Assembly (NCBI GenBank): GCA_001938485.1
Contig: MQRK01244276.1
Span: forward strand, 1-64,000
Length of the DNA: 64,000 nt
Source: Girardia tigrina
Lineage: Eukaryota
Reading direction: 5' to 3'
The notes under the pieces are model-generated. The model saw only the letters and a program-made list of their open reading frames with translations. It did no database searches and was not told where the DNA came from. Shown in pieces: positions 40,399-52,927 of the stretch. The first letter of the stretch is position 1, and the number at the start of each line of letters is the position of its first letter. A program made the position numbers and the translations under genes.

Positions 40399-41504
40399 NN
40401 NNNNNNNNNNNNNNNNNNNNNNNNNNNNNNNNNNNNNNNNNNNNNNNNNNNNNNNNNNNNNNNNNNNNNNNNNNNNNNNNNNNNNNNNNNNNNNNNNNNN
40501 NNNNNNNNNNNNNNNNNNNNNNNNNNNNNNNNNNNNNNNNNNNNNNNNNNNNNNNNNNNNNNNNNNNNNNNNNNNNNNNNNNNNNNNNNNNNNNNNNNNN
40601 NNNNNNNNNNNNNNNNNNNNNNNNNNNNNNNNNNNNNNNNNNNNNNNNNNNNNNNNNNNNNNNNNNNNNNNNNNNNNNNNNNNNNNNNNNNNNNNNNNNN
40701 NNNNNNNNNNNNNNNNNNNNNNNNNNNNNNNNNNNNNNNNNNNNNNNNNNNNNNNNNNNNNNNNNNNNNNNNNNNNNNNNNNNNNNNNNNNNNNNNNNNN
40801 NNNNNNNNNNNNNNNNNNNNNNNNNNNNNNNNNNNNNNNNNNNNNNNNNNNNNNNNNNNNNNNNNNNNNNNNNNNNNNNNNNNNNNNNNNNNNNNNNNNN
40901 NNNNNNNNNNNNNNNNNNNNNNNNNNNNNNNNNNNNNNNNNNNNNNNNNNNNNNNNNNNNNNNNNNNNNNNNNNNNNNNNNNNNNNNNNNNNNNNNNNNN
41001 NNNNNNNATATATATATATATATATATATATATATGGTTCAGAATTAAGAGTTAAATTTTAAAAAATAGTAGATGCATATTACAATTTAGAATCATCTAA
41101 TTCTTTGAGGATAATTTTTAAAATATTCTAAATCTTTTTAGATATGACAGTTAGAATGTTAGAAGTTTGATGTTGATCTTAAACATCTGTAAGCCTATCA
41201 TTTATTAGACCTCTGATCAATTGAATTTAAATAAATTATTATCGGTAAAAAAAAACGGTGGCGGATTGTTTATTCAGTACTTGTTTTCATTTCGTTTGGT
41301 AAAAAAATTCATAGCCATCACAAATATTTAATTTTAATTTTCAGTAGTTGAAATGACTTGAAAGAGATTCTAAATCGTAATCGATATTTGAATGAAGTGT
41401 GAATACATTGTCAAGCGATTCGCCAAAGGCATTCATTTCAGCATTTGTCGTAAATTGATATTTAAAGTTCATTTCATTGAATAAATCAAAATTTTCATAA
41501 TCCA

Positions 41505-41995
41505 TGTGAGGAATATTTTAAATTGTTTGAATGTGTAAATGTATGGATGATGTATGTTGATTAAAGTATGTTGAACTTAGAATCGTGATTCTCCCACCCA
41601 GATTGAAATTGTTTTTTTTGTATTTACAGGGATTGACTATTTGAACATTATTAAATTAATAATTTTTTAAATTAACTATACAAAATTAAGTTTAATATAT
41701 TTTTTAAAAACAAAAAGAAAAGCATTTAATTAGATTAAAATTAACAATTTTATTTTTTAAAAATTTTATAAAGTTTTTATTATTCTGAGTTTTTATTCAC
41801 AAATGGTTAAAATTATTTTTTTAATTAAAGTTATTATGAAATAAATATTTTAAAAATAATTAGAAAAATTGTTCGAATAATCATGATAAAAATAGAAATT
41901 AAAAAACCAATTACAGCGATGTCCAACAGTGAAAGATCATGGAGGAGTTATAATGACTCTAAATGTGAATAAAAAAGATGATAATGTTCTAAGCA
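41505..41995 (+). mobile_element. Solo LTR, family 1
   Basis: TGTGAGGAATA start, box at 41590-41605, end TGTTCTAAGCA; flanks atcca/atcgt. Confidence 0.85.
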
Positions 41996-42348
41996 ATCGT
42001 TTCAATGAGTCACTTAATTTTCGTTTTGCTTATCGAGATTTAAATTATTCACACATTAAAATAAATTACAATAGACTAAATCTAAAGTAATGGTATTAGA
42101 CATTCAGATTTTATGTACAGCAAATGATTTTCTAATCAAAAACTTTAAAATCAAAAGTTTGATTTAATTTTATAATTATTTTTATTTTGTAAAATATTTT
42201 GTTTTAATTCTGAAAGAAAATATTACAGAGATAAAAATGAAATATGACATAAAATAGATTTTTAAGTTAAACAAATAATATTTTAAAATTCAGAAAAGAC
42301 TTTTGATATCTAAGTAAACACCTATATTATTTAAACTATTGAGATCAG

Positions 42349-42835
42349 TATTAAGAACATTTAGACAAGTCTCATTTGAATTTTTATTACAATTACATTT
42401 AGAGTCATTACAATTCTCAGAAGGTCTTTCATCGTTTGCCATCGTTCTAATTGGTTTTCTTATTTCTGTTTTTAATCATGATTATTCGAACAATTTCTCT
42501 AAGTTATTTTTTAAAATATTTAACCTCTAAAAAATAATAATTTTTACCATTTCTCAATAAATCCCAAAATAATAAAAATGACATCAAATTATTAAAAATG
42601 AATTTCATTTAAATTTTACTAAAATTATTAAACTTAATTTTAATTGTGAAATTAAAAATATGAACTTATAAAATGATTATTTTAATTATGTTCGAATAGT
42701 CCATCCTTTAAATTTAATAAAAAAATACCAATTTCCATCTGGGTGGGAGAATCACCATTCTAAATTCAACATACTTAAAGCAACATACATCCTCAATAAA
42801 TTTACACATTCAAACAATTTAAAATATTCCTCACA
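42349..42835 (-). mobile_element. Solo LTR, family 1, with perfect 5-bp TSD
   Basis: TGTGAGGAATA...TGTTCTTAATA flanked by ATCAG at 42344-42348 and 42836-42840. Confidence 0.93.
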
Positions 42836-45169
42836 ATCAGCAAAATGAATGATAAATTAGGAAAAGAAGCGGAAAATATGTTCGAATTTTGTTTTTAACA
42901 ACTTATGTTTTTGCTTATCTTTTAATTAAAATTCTTTTTCAATGAATAGGGATATCGATGAGACTATTTTGTAATTTACCCTAATTTGTTTAATGAACAT
43001 TTACCGGGTTATCCACGGTAAATTAGGGTAACTGAAAAATCAACGGGTCATGTTAAAACTATATCGACAGTTCTAAAAACATAAATGGCTCTAATGTCTT
43101 CTCATTAGAAAGTTTATAAGAATACAATATATATTTCCCAGTAAATTAATCCTATCATTTTGTAAATCGAAAAGTAATTTTTCGGATAAATAAATGTTGG
43201 AGTTATTTGTTCTATTAATCCGAAAATCGTTTGAGAGCGAAAGAAAATTAATAATCAATTTTATAAAAAGAAGGAATTGTTCAAATATCGATTGCGCTTC
43301 CTTTCAAATTTATCTTATATAAATAAAATATTTTTAAATATTTAGGATTTTGTAATTATTTTTAGATCATTTTTGTAGTTTTTATATAAATACACGCTGC
43401 GGTTTTACTGAGACTGGGTGAAAATGGATCGACAGCTAAATTGCTTTAAAAATCCATGAAAATGTTTATAATTTTAATATTCAAACAACAACTGCTTCAT
43501 ACACTTCTGTTTATATTCAATTGCCATTTTCATTTTAATGCTTTTATAATATGTGTGGGGAAATCATAAAATTATCTGGTAATTATCAACAAATATAGAA
43601 AATGTATTGTTAGGAATTAAAAATGTTAGGAAAATTTTTGAAAGAAGGTTATATTAAATATGTACAAATTAAAATTTTTATATAATTAAATATGTAACAT
43701 TCGAAAAAAATAAAATTACTAAAATTAAGAAGATCAATTAAATTGGTAATAAAAATTTTTGAGAGTTTTATTATAATATAAAAAGAAAAAAAAGTGTATA
43801 ATTTTTATGTGAAACGATTTTAAAAAAGTAATAAAATTAAATGAAACGATTAAATATTTTAAAGTGTTATCGTAATTTAAAATTGATTATAGAAGTAATA
43901 AAAAAAATCAAATATGGATATTTATATGTATTTTTATCTATATCGGTTTAAGATTTATGAAACAAATAGTTTCTCAAAAAATTAAATTTGTTTAAATATT
44001 AGATTTAAACATTTTTTGTGGTATAATAAAAGTTTTAATGTCTGCTACTAATAATTCCGAAGATGTTCCAAGAACCACTAATATGTATTAAATATTCTGT
44101 AGAATAAAAACATTGAAATTCTAAATATCGAGTAAAATAAAATCAAAAAGAAATATTTTTGATTTATCTAAATCGACATATTATTTTACCTTGAAATCTA
44201 AGAATGCTTGGATAAATACCCCTATGTTCCGATATTCATTTATCTTAAATGGATTAATTAATTCTGAGATTAACCTTTTGATATCGATGGTGCATATTTG
44301 TAGCAGCATTAAAACGAAGAAATTCAGATGTTCTGGAATCATATTGTTTTGTGATTTTTAGTTGCCCCTTTCTTTTTTTTCTATCTGATTCTCATTTGGG
44401 GGGGGTCTGTTGGTCGGGCTGCCATGCCGTCACATGGACCAATAGAGTGTCAGATTGAGAATCAATGAAAATAGTCAGACAGAATGAGTAGACGAAGAAA
44501 GAAAATTTACGAATGAAAGTTCAAAAAGATCAATGTTGAGCATAAATCTTTTTTGGCATCAGAACAATTCTATTTCTTGGTTTCAATAATAAATATAATA
44601 TTATCAGTCAAATATTCTTAAATTTATCTATTTTTTTAATTTTAAGAACATCTATCTCTAAAATGAGATTTAAATAATAATTTGTTTGTTCTTTATTTAA
44701 TATTAGTTGTTTAAGCGAATTAGTGTCAGTTAATTAAATAAAGCTTATGATAAAAAATTTTTAATTTGATTTTCGTATAATGAGTTTTGAAAGATGTGAA
44801 TTCGAAGATTTGAAAAAATGTGTTAATGTTAAATTCGGATCAAATGATTCTTCCAAACTGATGAACCGAATTATAAAATAGATTTTGAACGCGGACAATG
44901 CCTTTTGTTGTGGTGTGGAATTGATGTCATTAAATTTATTTTGTGGAAACACAAAGAAACCTACATTCATTGCTTTAGACTTTGCTATACGGAAACAAGA
45001 TAGAAAAATATTGATTGATGATATTTATGTTCTGATATCAAAATTTGTTAATGAAACTCGCAGACAATGTATTAAATGAATAGGTCATTATTAAGTGTAT
45101 CAATCAGCGCAGTTTTGTTAAAGTAAATGGAAAGGACTTAATGATAAAGTATTTGATTTTAGATGTGAG

Positions 45170-45482
45170 GAAAATTCCAAGGCCGAGTTTCACAATTCCC
45201 TGTCTCAACGAATCAGCACTAGAAGGCCTGGCACCGTACAATTGTCACATGCATTATTCATCTCGTGAAATGGGATGACACGGGGAACAAGAGAGAGCAA
45301 GAGATTTATTTTCACAGTGTCCTTAGGCAAAGATGGATGACCGCGGTGGCGGACCATCACAATGGTACTTCACACGCTACTCTAGGATCAGCAAATATAA
45401 TTGTGTTCTTCTTGAGTGTTCACGTGAAACATTTACAAATACACTGCATTACAACTATAGTGTAAGTAAGTGTAAGTAAGTA
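45170..45482 (+). mobile_element. Probable LINE (RTE-like) 3' end
   Basis: GC-richer patch encoding RQRWMTAV, with a gtaagtaagtgtaagtaagt tail. Confidence 0.35.
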
Positions 45483-46392
45483 GAAATAAATGCACCACAA
45501 AAGTTTTAGTGTATCACTTTAACACATTGTTTACCGATCATGAGTTTACTTATGTTTGCACTTGCATTAACTATTTCAATTTATAGAACCCAGGTTAATA
45601 TAGAATACTACAAAAGCTTTACTCATTGTGTTTAGACGTGTACCTTTTTGTCTATAAAAGTTTTATTGAAGGTTTTTTATATTATTTCACTTACAAATTG
45701 AATTACAAAAAAATAGCCAGTGACAAATAGATTCATCTTAAAATTACAGGTCAACAATGTTTTAAGTCGTCAATAGTATGATAAATATTTCGCACTCACT
45801 CTGAGAAGCGACCATAAACGAAATGTATGAACAAATCATTGTTAAGCGCATCGTATATGTTGAATAAAAGCACAAGTTCGGTTAAACCACAATTGTAATG
45901 CCGAAAATATGGCATTCAGGCATGTTGTCGATTACATCTTCATCAAAGACTCAAATTTGAGTTTTCAACTTTTGAGATTTATATCTTGATTTAAAATACA
46001 CATAAAGAATGAAATATGATACGTACATAGTTATAACGTTTAGAAAGAAGCGTCTTCAAACACTTTCAACTAGATTTAATGTCCCTAGATTCCAAATCGA
46101 TTAATGATCTTAATTATTCACATTTTAAATCTCAAAACAAAGCAATAATTGTATTTACTAGATTCACCAATTTAACAAAGATTGTATAATTTTTCAAAAA
46201 TAGATATTCAAGCAGGGTTGTTAAAAAATATTACTGTACAGGTTTTATGACGACCACATTTTTTATATTTTTAGGCTTAACTATTTACATTTCATGCAAT
46301 GTATATCAATGAGCAACCTTCCTCTCCGCTTTATATAGTGCTTGCTTGATACACACAAGAGATAGGCGAAACACTGCTCCTGTGTGTGATCT

Positions 46393-46510
46393 GCTGCAGC
46401 CACGATACCGCTGCGCTCGCTCTGTTATCAGAAAAAATGTTAAAAAAGAAAAGATAGGACAATGAACAGAACAGATATCAAAAATTTGGAATTCAAAAGT
46501 AAATGGGCCC
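46393..46510. repeat. 118-bp near-identical direct repeat (second copy 48479-48596)
   Basis: gctgcagccacgataccgctgcgctcgctctg...aaatgg(g/a)ccc; about three mismatches between copies. Confidence 0.9.
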
Positions 46511-47879
46511 TTTATGTTATATTTGATATTTCTACATGGTCAAATTACAGTCTTTATCTTTTATTTGTTCTTCAATAGTTCTGTAAGCCAAAAGGTTGTT
46601 TACTAGTAGTGCTTTTGAGAGAATCGTCAGTAGTTTAAATTTTGAAATGACATTAATTATTATAATAATGAGTGAATATAACGCCTACATTTGTAATAAT
46701 TGGGTTTTTAAATTTAGAGACTCAAATTTTTTTTCAATTTTGTTAAGTAAAATGTAAATGCTAACGGTTTATTTGAGAAATTGTTTTCCATTTTAAGGTG
46801 TTAAAATAAACTTTTAATTTTAAGTTCAGATTTTCATATTGTTTCTTTTGTTCGTCTTCTGTCTCTCTAAATAATTTAACTTTTATATATAATTTGATTA
46901 TCAATTTAATAAAATATTGATAAATGTTTCTGAACTTAAAGTTAAATTTATATTGATATTTGTTGTTATTTTTATCTAGATAAATATATATCCTTCCTGC
47001 TTAAGACAGTCTTTCAACTCAAATAAATTATATTGTGAATCAGATTCTTGTTAATGTGAATGACAATTTACTGAGTTATGTAGCTTTGTGTGTTTCATAT
47101 AAATATTTATACGTATATAATTAAATATGATAAGTGAATAATTAAATTAAAAAGAATTAAAATAATGTATAAAAATATATTATTGAATAATTGATTAGAA
47201 TAATTATTCATATTTGAACAAAGAGTTCTTTGTGCAGATTTGAATTGGATCGACCGAGTAAGCCAAATTGGAGAGAAATATCGAATGACACGTTCTGATT
47301 GGTTGACCAATCAGAGCGAAGGGTCAGTCATTCGAATTTCTTTTGAGAAAATACACTGTTTCCTGATGATTTATTTTATATTAGAAATAGCTGCCTTATT
47401 TCTTACATTTTGTGACGATTTGAAACTCTACAGACGATTTAAAAGATCTAATTTTTGCTGATAATTTTATATTTGCTAACGATTTAAAATATTGCTAAAG
47501 ATTTATATAGTTAAAAATCTGTATCATTGCGAATGATTTTTTCTTTGTTGACGTACTATAACTTTGAAGAAATTGTGTAAAGCAAAAATGATTTTTCTTT
47601 GTGAAAGAATTTAAATTCAATATTTTGTGTGTGAGAGAAACTGTTTTATGAAAAAAGAATCGTTAATAATTAATTGCGAAAAAGAAAGGAATCGATCATC
47701 GAAAACCCCTCAGTCGTTTGCCGTTCTCATAATTTCGCAATCTTTGTTGATCACAGTTGATTGATCAGTAAAATTTTGTTTATGAAAAGTCGCGATATTT
47801 AAAATAAAGAAGTATTTTGCCACGTATTCATTTTTTTAATCCAATTTAAATTGTTGTTTGAAATTCTCCGCTTTGTTCT

Positions 47880-49090
47880 GAAAATGATCGTTTATTTTTG
47901 GGGAAAATTTCAATCTCTCAAAATTGGCTTTATTATCGAATAATGTTCCGACAACAACTTTCGATTGTGCGGTGAGATTAAAATTGCATGAAAGGAGATC
48001 AGTTTCGATTGGGTTGGTAGTGTTGGGGTTCGAATTTGAGTTCCACTATTATGTCGGTACGACAAAATCAAAATTACTCTTTCGTGTTATGTGATCAACT
48101 GTGAGCCACTTGATTATCCGGACAAATCAGCCGATGATGATTTATTCGATTTAAAAATCTTTTATCCGTTTAAACTTTCTCATAAAAATTTAGAAACAAT
48201 GGAACTGATATTTTCAATTGATGGTGAATTTGCTCAAAAGGTTGAGTTATCTGACGCAATGGTACTGTGCAACCGAATCAATCAGTGTATCCACATTCCG
48301 TACTCCGATAAACCGTATCTTTTATTGATTGATCCGAAAAGTGGTATTCAAAAAGGAGCAAAAATATATGAAAATCTAATTACCGAGATCTTTGATAAAT
48401 ACAACGTGAAATATGATCCGGGTATGATAATTTATTTTTCCTTCCCGCGACCCGAATACCGCTACTCAACATTAGTGCGCTGCAGCCACGATACCGCTGC
48501 GCTCGCTCTGTTATCAGAAACAATGTTAAAAAAGAAAAGATAGGACAATGAACAGAACAGATATCAAAAATTTAGAATTCAAAAGTAAATGGACCCAGCA
48601 CCAAGAACACCATTACTCTGCTTTCACCAGTAAGTCTCTGGGGCAACCTGAAGAATGCCGAAACAAAAATAGTAATAATAATAATTATTATTAGAGAAAA
48701 AATGAAATGGGTGGCAAAAAATCTATGCTCGAAATTCACCTTTACTATAATAATATAAATAATGAGAAAATACAAATTATTTAATAAACTTATATTTAGC
48801 TATAATTAGAGTCTCTGTTTGGTCGAGTTTGACAAAATAATTGTTTTGAAGGAATGGACGAGAGAATTTATATGAAGAATTTCACAAAAGAATGGTTTAG
48901 ATGAATTTGCCAAAGAATCGTTTCGATGAATTTTTGTTGTAAGATAATTGTTATATAAGATAATTTTCGTCGGTAAGTAATGTAATTTAATTTTTTTTTA
49001 ATCTTCTATATATCGTGGTTTTGGATCAACCATCTGGAGGTAGCAGCTTAGAACATTGCTTCGCAAATGGTACTGTTCCAAAGCAACCAA
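47880..49090 (+). pseudogene. Sphingosine/ceramide-kinase-like (DAGK catalytic family) decayed gene
   Basis: KPYLLLIDPKSGIQKGAKIYENLITEIFDKYNVKYD resembles the NPxSG motif. A donor gtatga follows at ~48422; eroded downstream islands at ~48815-48971 and ~49010-49080; in-frame stop upstream. Confidence 0.55.
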
Positions 49091-50088
49091 ATTAGAATAT
49101 ATTAATTTAAATATAAATATTAAATATTTCTATTTATATTTTTATGGTTTTATGTTGGGTAATTTGTGAATAATAATTGTGAATAATAATAATAATTGGG
49201 GGCGTTATTGAGTTCATAAAATTTTGTAATTTACAATCTGATCAAATTAATAATTACATTCCCTAAAATAGTATTATAGATATGTTAAAATAAGATTTTC
49301 CGAATTTAATGTAAACTAAATTTAATGTAATTTATGGAATAAATAAAATTAATTTTACGGTAGGTTATTAAAAGATTTATCCAAAGATTTATTATAAAGT
49401 AAAAAAATTATTTTAATTTTGATGGAAATATTTAATTGAAATAAAATAAAATGGAATATAAAGTTTAATTTTTTATTTGCGAAATGAAAATAAACTAAAT
49501 TATTTTTTGTAACTTATTTTACACGATTGAATCGAAGTAAATTAAAATGGAATTTTAATTTTATTTTTGGAAAACGTATTTATAAAAGGAAATAAAATTT
49601 TGTTTTATGTAAAAGGTGGTAATTTAAAAGTTGTTAAATTAAACGAAATTGCGATTTGAATTTTATTTTCAAAACTTTATTTTATTAAATCTAAAAGTAA
49701 TTTTTAAAACTATTATGAAAACGAAATGAAAAAGCTATTTTATAGAATGGGGAAATATAATAGAGAAACAGTTAAATTTAAATGTATAATAAAATTGAAA
49801 TTTAATAAAAGATGCAACAAAATCTTTGTGACAAAATTTTAATAAATTCACATCATAATTTTTTTACAAAACACTGTATAAAATTTTAATTCTTAATAAA
49901 TAAAATAACCATATCTATATTTATATCAATTCTTATTTATAATGGTTTGTGCAAAAAGAAAGTGCAAAAGTTCCTCGAAAATATTTGTTTAAAAAACTTA
50001 AATTGTTGTAGAAATAAAGTTTGCGTTAATGACATCTTCTTTTGATCAAGAACCCAATAATAAGGATAATAGTAATAATAATAATTAT

Positions 50089-50434
50089 TATTAACAACAT
50101 CACAATTTGAATGTAAACATTTATTGACAACACAAACAGATTCTTCACAACAATAAAAAAAGTCACAATAATAAAAAGGCATTACGAATTTTTTTGAATA
50201 AACATTAATTTTTAAAATATATTAAATTTAATAAGTTAAAATCGTTTACTAAAAATATTAAATTCATATTATAAAACTTTAATTAATTAGTACTTAAAAT
50301 TAATATCATTAAATTAATTTCTTTAGATTCAAATAATCAATTAATAAACATATCAATCCCATCTGAGTAGGAGAGTCACAAATCTAAACAACATACAAAC
50401 AACAAACTTACAACATTTCGAATTTTCCCTCACA
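50089..50434 (-). mobile_element. Solo LTR, family 1 (divergent), inserted in an (AAT)n tract
   Basis: TGTGAGGGAA start, box at 50359-50374, end TGTTGTTAATA; flanks attat/ataat. Confidence 0.75.
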
Positions 50435-50670
50435 ATAATAATAATAATAATTATTATTATTATAATAATAATTATAATTATAATAATAATAATAATAATG
50501 CTAAAACCATTATCGACACACGATTTAAAGGTGATTTTTATTAATTAGTTAATCTTTTATTTTTATTTTAATTCAATTTGATAAAATAAATAAAATATGT
50601 TTTTAATTTATTGTTTTGAATTGTAAACGTAAAATAATTATTTTAAAAAAGAAAATAAAATAAAGATTAC

Positions 50671-50889
50671 CTGACTAGAATTGAAATATTTACTATCGAT
50701 TTCATTCAGAAATCCTTCACTTTTTGATAGTTGCATGTTTAACAATCTTTTACTGTTGAGGTATCTTGTTCGGGAAATGTTGCTGGAACTTGTTGATCTA
50801 TCATTTGACCCAAGACTTCTAGGGCTATGAGAGGCTGCGGATCGGCGGCAAACATAAACCCGACTTAGATCGATTTCGTACATAGACAT
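50671..50889 (-). CDS. Candidate first coding exon of an unknown Ser-rich protein
   Basis: ATG-initiated 73 open codons ending at a phase-0 CAG|GTAATC donor; no downstream exon identified. Confidence 0.35.
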
Positions 50890-51899
50890 ATAATATGTTT
50901 TAATAAAAAATAGAGTAGTGTGCTCCTACTGATTTTATTTACAATGTTTGTGCACAATATGTTTTATTTTTTCTTATATTGATTTCAAATATAACGACAC
51001 AAAGTCATTCTTTAGGTTGCTCTTTGGTGACTAGATATGTTCCTATATTTTAAATTATTTTCATTATATTTGGATTTATTAGCCAATAAATTTGATTTTA
51101 AAAATTGATTTAAAAGTAAAATTAATATATTCTATAAATTATTTTTTAATTAAATTAAATAATTACGATAAATATGAAAATCTAACTATATTTAATTAGA
51201 TATTTTGATATTAAAATTATATTTTATGATTATTTCAATACTTTAAATGTTTATTTATATTTCTAAAAATAAATATTATTTCCAATTAAGAAATTAATTA
51301 AACATTAAATAATTTCTTTGATAAATTTTGTGAAATGAAATCACGAAAAATCTAAATGGAATTTATAAATATAAAATAAAATATTTACGAAAATATAATA
51401 AACTGATATTATCTTTCCAAATAAATTTTAGATTTGACATTTTAATGATCTTCTGTAAATTAAAGAGGTCAGAAGGAAGTCGGAAGATTTGTAGAAAACA
51501 TAAATGGTGATCTGATATACTGGATTAATAATTTGTTATAAAAATTTTTAATTTCTTTTTAAATTAAATTTAAATTGTTTTTTCTCAATTAAATTGACTT
51601 TTAAGTTATTTTTTTGCTTTTTTAAAATATAAATTAGTATAATTACATTAGAAACTCCATTTTATGATAATACATTTTATTATAATTTATTCAGCTGTCT
51701 ATTGATGAGTATGAAATTAATTGATAGTAGTAATATTGCTGAACATAAAAAGTAGAGTAAAACTACCGTTGAAATAAATAATTTTAAAATATTATGAAGC
51801 AATTTTTAAAATTATTATGAAAGAAGCATTCATCAGCAATTAATGCTCAATCAAGGGACTCATCAACTCTATTGAATGTGTTTACGTGAAACATTACTT

Positions 51900-52250
51900 C
51901 AGTTCATTACGATTTCCAAACCTCACTGTTTAAAATTTTCTTGCAAAATACAACGATGATTGCTGCTATTCTGGATTAGTTCCGATATGATGTTGTTCAT
52001 TTCTGGGCTTTTGTTTATCTTCAAACTTTTTATGACAGTCTCTATATCTGATCTTAAAATTTTGCATACCTGATCTTCATCATCTCCCTTTGTTTTCTCG
52101 TCTTCGGAGATAACGCACCTTTTGAGGTTCACTTTGAAGTTGTATAGTTTGCAGCAGTATTCTTTCAACTTCACTGAGGATACTTTTCAAAAACTAGCTC
52201 AATATTTTAAGGCTTTTACTTGAAAGTTGAAAAACGGTGAGGCATGCCTT
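51900..52250 (-). mobile_element. RTE-like LINE fragment (pre-RT region)
   Basis: KEYCCKLYN...ILRSDIETVIKSLKINKSPEMNNIISELIQ. Confidence 0.7.
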
Positions 52251-52927
52251 TTATTAAATTTATTGTATATTGTTGTTCACAGAAACAGTTTGAGATATGT
52301 ATAACTCATTATCAATTTTTTAATTGTACTAAAAATTGCTGAACGGCAATTCGACAATTTTTCTTATACTCAACTTTAAATATAATAATGGGATGAATCA
52401 AATTAATGTAATCTAAATTTAAAGATAAGAATGAGGTTTTGTACAAATATTTAATATAAAAAGGTTCTTTTTCTCAGAAAATTCTCAATTTCTTCCCCAA
52501 TACATTTACTATTTAGCATACAACAAAAATGGAGGATTGGACATTTATTTCCGTGAAAATTAATGACCGACTATTAATCTTTCGAAACGTATTGTCTACG
52601 AGACTTAATCTAGTGAAATTTAATTTATGTTGGTGCGAGAGCTGGCGCAGCGCCTTTGCGGTCATAATTCTCTGGTGATAGAGATATGGAGACTCTGACC
52701 CATTCGATCAGCATTCATCGTCATTTTGCTCGCCGCTTCTACGAACATCTTTTACTCTTCTTCTAATGTAAACAATCCAAACTGACTTGGTCGTGCAACT
52801 GGTCTGTAGACTGTTTGAGCCATTCTAGCGCTATGACTGTGATTGGGCAAACACACGGCTGCCGTCCACACCCCTCTTTATCATTATACCACTCGATCAT
52901 TTTATTGCTGCAAATCGGCAATCTCTT

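Noticed and set aside
40317-41048. Long ORFs spanning N-gaps or microsatellites (also 22622, 32390-32721, 37516)
   Set aside because: Artefacts of N runs and TA/AAT repeats.
31238-42530. Paralogous small hydrophobic ORFs at 31238 and 42339
   Set aside because: They are chance antisense frames within solo LTR copies.
45500-46300. Merlin/ISXO2-like transposase
   Set aside because: Too decayed to recover catalytic motifs.
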